Of a stretch of 64,000 nucleotides of DNA, positions 9,198 through 17,746 are shown piece after piece. This DNA is from [Archangium] primigenium. Its GTDB lineage: Bacteria; Myxococcota; Myxococcia; Myxococcales; Myxococcaceae. Both the position numbers and the translations under genes were made by a program. Where the stretch lies: assembly GCF_016904885.1 (NCBI RefSeq), contig NZ_JADWYI010000001.1, forward strand, positions 7,241,224-7,305,223, read 5' to 3'. Under the pieces are notes generated by a model that made no database searches, was not told the DNA's origin, and saw only the letters and a list, made by a program, of their open reading frames with translations. The stretch's first letter is position 1. Each line of letters begins with the position of its first letter.

Positions 9198-11651
9198 ATG
9201 AGGACGAAGACCTGGTTATTTGGATTCCTGTTGGCCGTGGCCACGCTGTCGGGCTGTACCTGCGGCGGTGAGACCCCGACCCCGGGACAGATCGACAGCG
9301 GCACGGGCGGCAACGCGGGCAACGACGCGGGCACGGGCGGCGACGGCGGCGGCTCCAATGGCGGTGGCGGCTCCGATGGCGGCGCCGACGCGGGCGTGGC
9401 GCTCAAATCGCTCACCCTCTCCCCGCCCAGCCCGATCCTCACCATCTCGGGCAGCACGGCGGCCGTGCAGAAGTTCTCCGTGGTCGGCCTCTACACCGAC
9501 GGGCACACCGAGGACCTGACGTCCCAGGCCTTCTTCCGGGTCGAGGACCCCCGGCTGGGCACCTTCTCCGGCGCCACCTTCACCTCCAGCACCACCGTGG
9601 GCGGCACGAGCAACGTGCACGCCCGGGTGGACACCGCGTCCGTGTCCACCGACGTGCGCGTGCAGCTCAACCAGAAGGCCACGGACTCCAACCCGGGCTC
9701 CGCGAGCGTGCCCGTCAACCCGGACACGCGCTTTGGCGGCACGGTGGATGCCGCGCGCAAGCCCGCGATCGTCTACCCGAGCGACAAGGTCATGGTGCCG
9801 CCGAACCTCGGGCAGCTGGAGGTCCACTTCACCCCCGGCCCCACCACCAACACCCTGTTCGAGCTGCGCTTCATCAACGACATCACCGACGTGCGCGTGT
9901 ACCTGCGCTGCTACCTGCCCTCGGGTGTCACGCTGCCCGCCGGCATCAGCCGGGGCTGCATCTACACGCCGGACGCCACGGTGTGGAAGTTCCTCGCGGA
10001 GAGCAACCGCGGCGGCCAGCTGGTGACGCTCGCGCTGCGCGCCACGGATGACGCGGGCACGTCGGTGGGCGTGGCGGATCCCATCTCGCTGCAGTTCGCC
10101 CGGGCGGAGATCAAGGGCGCGCTCTACTACTGGACCACCCGGCCGGACCAGGTGGGCGTGATGCGCTACGACTTCGCGGGCACCGGGCCTCAGAGCGCCA
10201 CGTCCATGCTCACCAAGAACAACATCAACTCGAGCGGCGTGGGCTGCGTGGGCTGCCACTCGCTGAGCCGCAACGGCAAGAAGATGGTGGCCGCCGTGGA
10301 GCAGGGCAACCTGGAGGATGGCTACAACGAGGGCCAGGTGGCGCTCATCAAGGACCTGGCCAGCTACGCGCCCGACGCGGGCACGGGCAGCGCGGCGGGC
10401 ATCGCCCTGTCCTCGAAGTACCAGAGCGCCTTCGAGTCGTGGAACCCGGACGGCAGCAAGTTCGTGGGCGTCTACAGCGGTGACAACGCCACGCGCTTCG
10501 GCCTGCAGCTGTTCAACGGCGACACCGGCGCGTACGAGAGCCAGATCGACAACACGGGCACCTACGAGCACCCCGCCACCCACCCGGACTGGAGCGCCGA
10601 CGGCAAGTCGATCGCCTACACGGCGGTGGGCTACACGGGCTTCCCCTCGCAGAACCGGCGCACGTTCACGGGCGCCATCCACCTGGTGAAGGCCGAGGGC
10701 GCGGGCTGGAGCGCGCCCCTCACGGTGGCGCCGTCCGTGCCGCTCACCGCCTCCAACGCCTACGCCAAGCACCGCTACTACCCGGCCATCGCCCCGGACA
10801 ACTCGTTCCTCGTGTTCAACGAGTCCACCTGCCCCCAGAACAGCGACACGAGCCAGTACTGCAACGGCGACACGGATCCGTCCGCCACGCTCTGGGCCGC
10901 GAAGCTGGAGGCCAACGCCGCGCTGGTGGAGCTCAAGAACGCCAACAAGCCCGGGCCCACGGATGACAAGGACGGCGCGGGCGCCTTCCTCAAGAACCTC
11001 ACCAACAGCTACCCCAAGTGGAGCCCCTTCGTGACCCAGGGCAACACCGGGGCCCGCAGCCGGCTCATGTGGATGACGTTCTCGTCCTCGCGCAACTACG
11101 GCCTGCGCAAGACGCCCGAGGCCAGCGGCGCGTCCGAGGCCGACAAGAGCACGCTCCTGTGGATGGCCGCGGTGGACCCGGACAAGGTGCTCGCCGGCGA
11201 GGACGGCTCGTACGTGGCCTTCGCCCTGCCCTTCCAGGACATCACCACGTCCAACCACATCGCCCAGTGGGCCCAGTACCTCGTGAGCAACGGCTGCTCC
11301 ACGGAGAACGAGGGCTGCAACTCGAGCGGCTCCACGTGCTGCAACGGTCTGCAGTGCGTGCAGCTCAACCGGGATCCGCCCCTGCCGTGCGACATCGCGG
11401 GCGCGTGCGCGTGCCAGCCCGTGCCCCAGTGCGCCCCCGCGTTCGACAAGTGCTCCACCGTGGCGCCCTGCTGCGATGGCCTGCTCTGCCTGGATGACAC
11501 CACGGGCGGTGACTGCTCGGGCGACAACTGCTCGTGCCGTCCTCAGTGCTCCAACCGGGATCAGCCGTGCGGCAACGGCACCCCCTGCTGCGCGGGCTTC
11601 GTCTGCAACAACCTGCCCACGGGCAAGGTGTGCCGCGTGCAGCTGAACTGA
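9198..11651 (+). CDS. Large lipoprotein with an Ig-like (Big_2-like) domain, TolB/PD40-like beta-propeller repeats, and a C-terminal region carrying three knottin-like cysteine modules
   Basis: The lipobox signal is MRTKTWLFGFLLAVATLSGC. There is a Gly-rich linker, then PD40-like HPDWSADGKSIAY repeats. The last ~125 aa contain about 28 Cys arranged in a repeated C-x6-C-x5-CC-x3-4-C pattern. Confidence 0.8.
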   Translation: MRTKTWLFGFLLAVATLSGCTCGGETPTPGQIDSGTGGNAGNDAGTGGDGGGSNGGGGSDGGADAGVALKSLTLSPPSPILTISGSTAAVQKFSVVGLYTDGHTEDLTSQAFFRVEDPRLGTFSGATFTSSTTVGGTSNVHARVDTASVSTDVRVQLNQKATDSNPGSASVPVNPDTRFGGTVDAARKPAIVYPSDKVMVPPNLGQLEVHFTPGPTTNTLFELRFINDITDVRVYLRCYLPSGVTLPAGISRGCIYTPDATVWKFLAESNRGGQLVTLALRATDDAGTSVGVADPISLQFARAEIKGALYYWTTRPDQVGVMRYDFAGTGPQSATSMLTKNNINSSGVGCVGCHSLSRNGKKMVAAVEQGNLEDGYNEGQVALIKDLASYAPDAGTGSAAGIALSSKYQSAFESWNPDGSKFVGVYSGDNATRFGLQLFNGDTGAYESQIDNTGTYEHPATHPDWSADGKSIAYTAVGYTGFPSQNRRTFTGAIHLVKAEGAGWSAPLTVAPSVPLTASNAYAKHRYYPAIAPDNSFLVFNESTCPQNSDTSQYCNGDTDPSATLWAAKLEANAALVELKNANKPGPTDDKDGAGAFLKNLTNSYPKWSPFVTQGNTGARSRLMWMTFSSSRNYGLRKTPEASGASEADKSTLLWMAAVDPDKVLAGEDGSYVAFALPFQDITTSNHIAQWAQYLVSNGCSTENEGCNSSGSTCCNGLQCVQLNRDPPLPCDIAGACACQPVPQCAPAFDKCSTVAPCCDGLLCLDDTTGGDCSGDNCSCRPQCSNRDQPCGNGTPCCAGFVCNNLPTGKVCRVQLN

Positions 11652-11664
11652 AGCGCCGGGCGGC

Positions 11665-12381
11665 TCAGGGCCGGAGCACGAGGCCCTCGGCCGCCCGTTC
11701 CTCCACGGCGGCGTGGATGTGTGACACGTCCACGCCCGTGGCCGCCGCCACCTGCTCCGGCGTGAGCCCCTCCAGGGCCATCTTGAGCACCAGCAGCGCC
11801 CGGTCGTCCGCCGCCAGGTACATCGTCACCAGCCGCACCGGGTGCCGCCAGAGCAGCGCCACCTCGGCGCCCGGCGCGGGCCGCGCGTCGCCGCCCCGCC
11901 GCAGCCAGGCGCACAGCTGGAAGGGATGCTCCAGCACCGCCAGCGTGGGGTTCACCGTCAGCCGCTCCACGCGCGCCGGGACGGCCTCCCGGGACAGGTA
12001 CACCGCGAAGTCCGTCCACTCGAAGCGCGCCAGCGCGGGCAGGAAGTCCGGGAGCGTGCGCGTCCGGGCCGCGTCCGCGACGAAGTCCGGGAAGCCCGCG
12101 CCCACCTGGTTCATCTCGAAGGGCCGGGCGGGCCGCGACGCCGCGTAGTCGCGCACCAGCTCCGCCCAGGTCTGTGCGTCCACGCTCCCGCGCACCCGTG
12201 GGAAGAGCTTGTCGAGCGTGGCGTCCCCATGGTGGCGCACCATCTGGCCATAGAGCGCCACCCGCGCGCGCGGCGCGTCCCAACCCGGGTGGGCCGCGTA
12301 CAGGCGCTCCAGGGCCTCGGGCGCGGGGTCCGTGAAGTAGGCCTCCATGGTGTCGAAGAAGCCGCGCAGGCCGGGCTTCAT
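11665..12381 (-). CDS. DUF2063 family protein (the MbnC/TglI/BufC-type partner of DUF692 enzymes)
   Basis: The start MKPGLRGFFDTMEAY overlaps the stop of the upstream DUF692 gene by 4 nt (ATGA). The ORF track shows a spurious N-terminal extension to 12522. Confidence 0.8.
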   Translation of the reverse strand: MKPGLRGFFDTMEAYFTDPAPEALERLYAAHPGWDAPRARVALYGQMVRHHGDATLDKLFPRVRGSVDAQTWAELVRDYAASRPARPFEMNQVGAGFPDFVADAARTRTLPDFLPALARFEWTDFAVYLSREAVPARVERLTVNPTLAVLEHPFQLCAWLRRGGDARPAPGAEVALLWRHPVRLVTMYLAADDRALLVLKMALEGLTPEQVAAATGVDVSHIHAAVEERAAEGLVLRP

Positions 12382-13226
12382 CGCGCCCCCACCCGCGCCA
12401 TCAGCGCGCGCGCCCGATCCGCCTCGTCCAGCACCGCGTCCAGCGAGGGGATGTGCGCATCCCACTCGATGAGCGTGGACACGGGGCCCGTGCGCTCGAG
12501 CACGTACTGGTACAGCGACCACACCTCGTCGCAGACGGGCGCGCCGTGCGTGTCGAGCAGCACCTCCGGCAGGCGCTCGTGGCCGGCCAGGTGGAGCTGC
12601 CCCACGCGCTCGAGCGGCAGCGCGTCCACGAAGGCGCGCGGGTCATACCCGTGGTTGCACGCGTTCACGTACACGTTGTTCACGTCCAGCAGCAGGCCAC
12701 AGTCCGCCTGCTCCACCACGTGCCGCAGGAAGTCCGCCTCCGCCAGGGTGCCGCCGGGCATGTGCGCGTAGTAGCTCGGGTTCTCCAGCAGGAAGGGGCG
12801 GCCCACGCGCGCCTGGACTTCCCGCACCCGGGGCACCACGTGCTCCACCGCCTCCTCGCTGAAGGGCAAGGGCAGCAGATCGTAGAGGTACGCGCCGCCC
12901 AACCGCGCGTAGCAGAGGTGATCCGAGAAGAACGGCGCGTCCACGCGCTCCACCAGGGACTGGAGGCCGACGAGGTAGTCCTCGTCCAGGGGATCCGGCC
13001 CGCCGACGTTGAGCGCCACGCCGTGGGGCAGCACGGGCCAGCGCTCGCGGCAGGCGTCCAGGGTGGCCTGGGGTCGGCCGCCCAGGGTGAGGAAGTTCTC
13101 GGGGATGATCTCCACCCAGTCGAGCGCCCGGCGCGTCTCCGGCAGGAGCGTGTAGAACTCGCGGCGCAGGCCGATGCCCACCCCCAGCGGCTTCATCCTC
13201 CAGCGCTGTCCACCACTCACCGGCAT
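12378..13226 (-). CDS. DUF692 / UPF0276 family protein (MbnB/TglH-like multinuclear non-heme iron oxidative enzyme, MNIO)
   Basis: GVGIGLRREF...WVEIIPENF...FFSDHLCY...LLENPSYY...LLDVNNVYVNACNHGYDP...IEWD matches conserved DUF692 blocks. Start candidates are ATG 13226 (GGAGAAAGGG RBS) and ATG 13196. Confidence 0.85.
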   Translation of the reverse strand: MPVSGGQRWRMKPLGVGIGLRREFYTLLPETRRALDWVEIIPENFLTLGGRPQATLDACRERWPVLPHGVALNVGGPDPLDEDYLVGLQSLVERVDAPFFSDHLCYARLGGAYLYDLLPLPFSEEAVEHVVPRVREVQARVGRPFLLENPSYYAHMPGGTLAEADFLRHVVEQADCGLLLDVNNVYVNACNHGYDPRAFVDALPLERVGQLHLAGHERLPEVLLDTHGAPVCDEVWSLYQYVLERTGPVSTLIEWDAHIPSLDAVLDEADRARALMARVGAR

Positions 13227-13294
13227 GCCCTTTCTCCTGGGGAAGGACTCCGGGCGGCGGACCGGGGGGAAGCTGCCCGCCGCCCGAGAGTGGA

Positions 13295-13561
13295 CTACTT
13301 CTTGCCGCCGCAGCCGCTGGAGCCGCAACCGCCGCCGCCACAGCCGTGCTCGGCCGCCTTCTCGGCGGCGGGGGCCGCGGCCCCCTGGGCGGGAGCCGCG
13401 CTGGCGCCGTGCTCCATGGGGGCCATGGGGGCGGCCTGCTCCATCGCGGCGGGGGTGCCCTGCTCCATGGGCGCCGCGGCGGGCTTGGTGGTCGCGCAGC
13501 CGGTGGCCAGCGAGCCGAGGGAGAGGGAGCCAACGAGCGCGGTCAGGGTCTTCACGTTCAT
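13295..13561 (-). CDS. Putative RiPP precursor / small secreted lipoprotein-signal peptide (88 aa) with Met/His-rich repeats and a C-terminal Cys-Gly-rich tail
   Basis: The translation is MNVKTLTALVGSLSLGSLATGC (lipobox)...PMEQGTPAAMEQAAPMAPMEHGASAAP...AEHGCGGGGCGSSGCGGKK. It lies immediately upstream of, and co-directional with, the DUF692-DUF2063 pair (68 nt gap). Confidence 0.6.
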   Translation of the reverse strand: MNVKTLTALVGSLSLGSLATGCATTKPAAAPMEQGTPAAMEQAAPMAPMEHGASAAPAQGAAAPAAEKAAEHGCGGGGCGSSGCGGKK

Positions 13562-13987
13562 GAGACGGGGCCTTTCGGGCAGGGGCGGCAGGGCCTTCGC
13601 GACAGGCGAAGGGTCCGCTCCGGCACTCATACGCCACCTGAACCCCCGGGGTTACAGCCCCCGCTCGACCGGCCCCCGTGGGAGGCGCCCGGCCCGGGTC
13701 ATGCCGCGCGGTGTCAAACCCGGCCCCCGGTAAACCCCTCAGGTAAAATTTGACAGCCCCCTGGCCTCCCGTCCAAGGCGCGTGGGAGGCCCTCTCCCTC
13801 TTGGAGAATCGAGCACTTAGGCATCCATCCCGGGAGGAAGCCGGGAAGACCGGTCGGTAACGTCGGATCCCGGACAGGGGTGATCGCGGCTGAAAACGTT
13901 TATTGCAAATCGGTAAATGCGACCGCACAGTGGACGGAGGCGGAGGGTAACCGGCGGTTGACGCGGGGTCCCGCCCAGGACGCAGCG

Positions 13988-15529
13988 ATGAACGAGAACG
14001 CACTGAACGCCAATGTGGGTCTGAAACTCCGGGGCCTGCGGCTCGCGCGCAACATCAAGCAGACGGACGCGGCCAAGGATCTGGGAGTGTCCCCGGCGTA
14101 CCTGAACCTCATCGAGAAGGGCAAACGGGTCATGCCCTTCCCGCTGTTGTGGAAGGCGCTGCGCTACTTCGACCAGGATCCCGAGCAGTTCATGTCCACC
14201 CTGGGCGAGGGCCGGGTGGACGAGGCGCTCGCGAAGCTGCTGGACGAGCCGCTGCTCAAGAGCCTGGACATCGACTCGGAGTCGCTGCAGAGCCTGTCGG
14301 CGGAGCCGAAGCTCGCGGGCACCGTGGCGGCGCTCTTCAACCTCTACAAGAACACGCGCACGCAGTTGGAGAACGTGCTCGCGCAGCTCAACGTGGAGGA
14401 GAGCGCGCGGATGAACTCGGCGCCGCCGGGCAACTCGGCCGGGCCCCGCTTCGACTACTCGCCCTTCGACGAGGTGAGTGACTTCCTGGAGGCCCACCAC
14501 AACTACTTCCCGGAGCTGGAGGAGCAGGCCGAGTCGATGCGGCGCGACTTCAAGCTCGGGCGGCTGGTGTCCAGCCCCCAGCTGTTGCCGCTGTTGGAGG
14601 AACGCTTCGGCTACCGGATGCGCCTGGAGTCCGCGCCCAGTGGCTCCTCGGTGGTGCGCCGCCTGGACGCGGGGAGTCAGGAGCTCACGCTCTCGCCGGA
14701 CCTGACGGAGCAGCCGCTCAAGTTCCAGCTCGCCGCCTCCATTGGCCTGCTCATGCTGGACAAGGAGAAGCTGGTGGAGCGCATCGTCGGCGCGGCGCGC
14801 ACGCGGCACGCCGAGACGCTGCGGCTCATCAAGGTGCACCTGGCCAACTACTTCGCCGGCGCGCTGATGCTGCCCTACGGGGACTTCTTCAAGGAAGTGG
14901 AGCGCACGCGCTACGACGTGGAGCTCCTGTCCAACCTCTTCGGCACCACGTACGAGACGGTGGCCCACCGGCTGTGCAACCTGTCGGACCCCAAGCGCCG
15001 GGGCCTGCCCTTCCACTTCCTGCGCTCGGACATCGCGGGCAACATCTCCAAGCGCTACAGCGGCACGGGCATCAAGTTCGCCTCGGGCGGCGGCTCGTGC
15101 GGCAAGTGGGCCGTGCACCTGGCCTTCCTCAACCCCTCGCAGCTCACCCGGCAGTACTCGATGATGCCGGACGGCACCTCGTACTTCTGCTTCGCCAAGG
15201 TGCAGCTGCAGCCCATCGAGGGCTCCATCGTGCGCGGCTCGGCCTACTCCATCGGCCTGGGCACCCACGCGGAGAACGCCAAGTACCTGGCGTATGGCCT
15301 GCCCACCACGGACCTGCGCAAGGACGCGGTCCCCAGCGGCATCTCCTGCCGCTTCTGCGAGCGCACCGACTGCAACCAGCGCGCGGCCGCCAGCTACCGC
15401 TTCGCCTTCTCCATCGACGAGTACACCAAGAAGGACTGCTTCTTCTCGCCCCTGCTCGTGCACGAGGCCGGGCGGGCGGAATCGCTGGACAAGACGCTGC
15501 GGCGCCGTAACAAGGGCGAGGAGAACTGA
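13988..15529 (+). CDS. XRE-family HTH transcriptional regulator with a C-terminal DUF2083-like domain (ScfR/PrpR/RamB-like short-chain fatty acyl-CoA regulator family)
   Basis: There is an N-terminal HTH (LRGLRLARNIKQTDAAKDLGVSPAYLNLIEKGKR), then a long conserved domain ending in Cys motifs (CGKW..., CRFCERTDC). It is divergent from the precursor/DUF692 operon. Confidence 0.8.
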   Translation: MNENALNANVGLKLRGLRLARNIKQTDAAKDLGVSPAYLNLIEKGKRVMPFPLLWKALRYFDQDPEQFMSTLGEGRVDEALAKLLDEPLLKSLDIDSESLQSLSAEPKLAGTVAALFNLYKNTRTQLENVLAQLNVEESARMNSAPPGNSAGPRFDYSPFDEVSDFLEAHHNYFPELEEQAESMRRDFKLGRLVSSPQLLPLLEERFGYRMRLESAPSGSSVVRRLDAGSQELTLSPDLTEQPLKFQLAASIGLLMLDKEKLVERIVGAARTRHAETLRLIKVHLANYFAGALMLPYGDFFKEVERTRYDVELLSNLFGTTYETVAHRLCNLSDPKRRGLPFHFLRSDIAGNISKRYSGTGIKFASGGGSCGKWAVHLAFLNPSQLTRQYSMMPDGTSYFCFAKVQLQPIEGSIVRGSAYSIGLGTHAENAKYLAYGLPTTDLRKDAVPSGISCRFCERTDCNQRAAASYRFAFSIDEYTKKDCFFSPLLVHEAGRAESLDKTLRRRNKGEEN

Positions 15530-15540
15530 GCCGCCCCGCC

Positions 15541-16416
15541 ATGAGTCCCAACGACACCGAACGCGCCCACATCCTCGAAGCCATCCAGCAACAGCGCAAC
15601 GCGCTCGCCGTCACGCGCATCACCAGTGATCCGGGGGAGATCGGCAAGGGGCTGCTGCAGCTCGCCGAGCTGCACGGCATGCTGGAGGAGCACGCCGAGA
15701 GCCGTCGCCACTACGAGGAGGCCCTGGGCTGCTTCCAGTCGGCCGCGGACAAGGACGGCCAGGCCCAGGTGCTCTTCGGCCTCGGGGTCGCGCGCGCCCA
15801 CTTCGAGGATCACCGCGGCGCCATCGAGCACATCGCCCGGGCGGCCTTCCTCTTCAACGAGCTGAAGGATCAGGAGAACGAGGCCCTGTGCCGCGCGGCC
15901 ATCGGCGAGTCCCTGCGCTCGCTCGGCCAGCCCAAGGGCGCCGAGGAGAAGTACCAGGAGGCGCTGCTGCTCTACCGGCAGGCCAAGAACGGGCCGCGCA
16001 TCGCCCGGCTGCTCCTGGACATCGGCGACATCCGCATGGAGACGGGCGACTACGAGGCGGCGCGCAAGCGCTTCGCCGAGGCGCTCGTCGTGATGGAGAA
16101 GGAAGCGGAGGTGGAGATGGAGCCGCTCGCGCTCTGCCGGCTGCTGCTCGGCGAGGCCGAGGGCCTGCTCGGCAACCACGAGGCGGCGCGGCCCCACCTG
16201 CGCGCGGCGGCGGACCTGTACGCGCAGCTGCACGACCATGCCTACGAGTCCCGGGCGCGCTGGGACTTGAGCATCGCGTGCACCTTCGTGCAGGACTGGA
16301 AGATGGCGCGCGAGGAGCTCGAGACGGTCATCCCCCTGTTCGAGCACCAGGGCCGGGCGGACGACGTGGCGCGGGCGCGCAAGGTGCTCGCCCACTTCGA
16401 CTCGCGCGGGGTGTAG
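15541..16416 (+). CDS. TPR repeat protein
   Basis: Repeated A..YEEAL..F / AL.LY motifs are present. The gene starts 11 nt after the regulator stop, so the two are probably co-transcribed. Confidence 0.75.
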   Translation: MSPNDTERAHILEAIQQQRNALAVTRITSDPGEIGKGLLQLAELHGMLEEHAESRRHYEEALGCFQSAADKDGQAQVLFGLGVARAHFEDHRGAIEHIARAAFLFNELKDQENEALCRAAIGESLRSLGQPKGAEEKYQEALLLYRQAKNGPRIARLLLDIGDIRMETGDYEAARKRFAEALVVMEKEAEVEMEPLALCRLLLGEAEGLLGNHEAARPHLRAAADLYAQLHDHAYESRARWDLSIACTFVQDWKMAREELETVIPLFEHQGRADDVARARKVLAHFDSRGV

Positions 16417-16438
16417 CCCTCCCGCGCCGTCGCCGGGC

Positions 16439-16831
16439 TCAGGCGTGCAGGCCCGAGCCCACCGCCATCGCCAGGAGGCCCAGCACCCCCGCGGCGTAGA
16501 GCGCGTAGCGCCACTCGCCGCGCATCCCCAGGGTCGTGCCCGCCACCACCAGCCGCACCACCGGCGTCACCAGCAGCGCGCACGCCGCGCCCTTGCGCAG
16601 CACGTCGATGAGGACGTGCACGGACTCGGTCTCCGGCAGGAACTCCAGCCCGATGGACACGAGGAACAGCAGGCCGCTGCACAGCGCGCCCCCGCGCAAG
16701 AGCCGGGCGATCCACACCTCACCGGCCTCGGCGCGCTCGGTGGCGGGAGACAGGGCCCGGGCCGGGACCGCCTCCCGCGGGACTTCCATGGAGACGGGAA
16801 TGGCCACCGGCCTCGGCTCCCGCGTGCTCAT
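16439..16831 (-). CDS. Small membrane protein, DUF1634-like (usual partner of TauE/SafE)
   Basis: An ATG at 16831 overlaps the TauE stop (ATGA). A hydrophobic segment LLRGGALCSGLLFLVSIGLEFL is followed by two more TM-like segments. An alternative start lies at 16846. Confidence 0.5.
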   Translation of the reverse strand: MSTREPRPVAIPVSMEVPREAVPARALSPATERAEAGEVWIARLLRGGALCSGLLFLVSIGLEFLPETESVHVLIDVLRKGAACALLVTPVVRLVVAGTTLGMRGEWRYALYAAGVLGLLAMAVGSGLHA

Positions 16832-17601
16832 CTGGACATCGGCCATAGCCCCTCCGCGCCCTTCCACAACATCTGCGCCGCCACGATGAGCAGCACCCCG
16901 GCGAACAGTCGCCGCAACACCGCGGTGGGAATCCGGGGCATCAACCGGCTGCCCACCGAGGCCCCCGCGAGCACCCCCACCACCAGGGGCGCCACCAGCG
17001 CGAGCTTCACGTGGCCCCGCCACGCGTAGGCGGCCACGCTCGCCGCTCCCGTCACGCCGATCATCAGATTGCTCGTGGCGCTGGCCACCTTGAAGGGCAC
17101 CCCCATGCCGTAGCTCATCAGCGGCACCTTGAGGGGGCCTCCACCCACGCCCAGGAGCGCCGAGAGGCTGCCGGCCACGAAGGAGCCGGAGATGCCCAGG
17201 GGATAGTTGGTGGGCACGTAGTCCTCGAGCCGCTGCTCCCGCGTCCCGCGCGCGAGCAACATCTGCGCCGACACATAGAGGGCGAAGAGGCCGAACACGA
17301 AGGCCACCCAGGCCGGCGCCACCAGCGTGGCCACCAGGCCGCCCACGATGGCCCCCGTCACCGTGGCGAGCTCCAGGGTCAGCCCCAGCCGCACGTCACT
17401 CAGGCGCCGCTCCAGGTAGCTCGCCGACGCTCCGCAGGAGCTGGCCACCACGCACATGAGGCTCGCGGGCACCGCGTCCTCCAGCGGCACGCCGAAGCCG
17501 AGCACCAGGGTGGGCACCAGGATGACACCACCCCCCACCCCGAGGAGGGCACCCATCGTCCCCGCGAGGACACCGGCGGCTATCAAGAGGAGAAGCGTCA
17601 T
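16828..17601 (-). CDS. TauE/SafE family sulfite exporter-like membrane protein (DUF81)
   Basis: Multiple TM helices with GxGGG motifs (LGVGGGVILVP, LLGVGGGPLKVP) are typical of TauE/SafE. Confidence 0.8.
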   Translation of the reverse strand: MTLLLLIAAGVLAGTMGALLGVGGGVILVPTLVLGFGVPLEDAVPASLMCVVASSCGASASYLERRLSDVRLGLTLELATVTGAIVGGLVATLVAPAWVAFVFGLFALYVSAQMLLARGTREQRLEDYVPTNYPLGISGSFVAGSLSALLGVGGGPLKVPLMSYGMGVPFKVASATSNLMIGVTGAASVAAYAWRGHVKLALVAPLVVGVLAGASVGSRLMPRIPTAVLRRLFAGVLLIVAAQMLWKGAEGLWPMSR

Positions 17602-17746
17602 ACCCACGAGGAGGATAGGGGCCCCCTTGACGATCGCATAGACGCATTCCCCCACCCCCCCGTGGCTCGATCGGCCGTCTGCCCTTCCCTCCGGGAGGCA
17701 TCGTCCCTAGGGACGAATGCACGGCGGGTCCGTGCTCACGCCGCGC

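Noticed and set aside
9216-11258. 680-aa minus-strand ORF antisense to the lipoprotein gene
   Set aside because: It is R/G/A/V/H-rich low-complexity. The plus-strand product has a lipobox, PD40 repeats and structured Cys modules.
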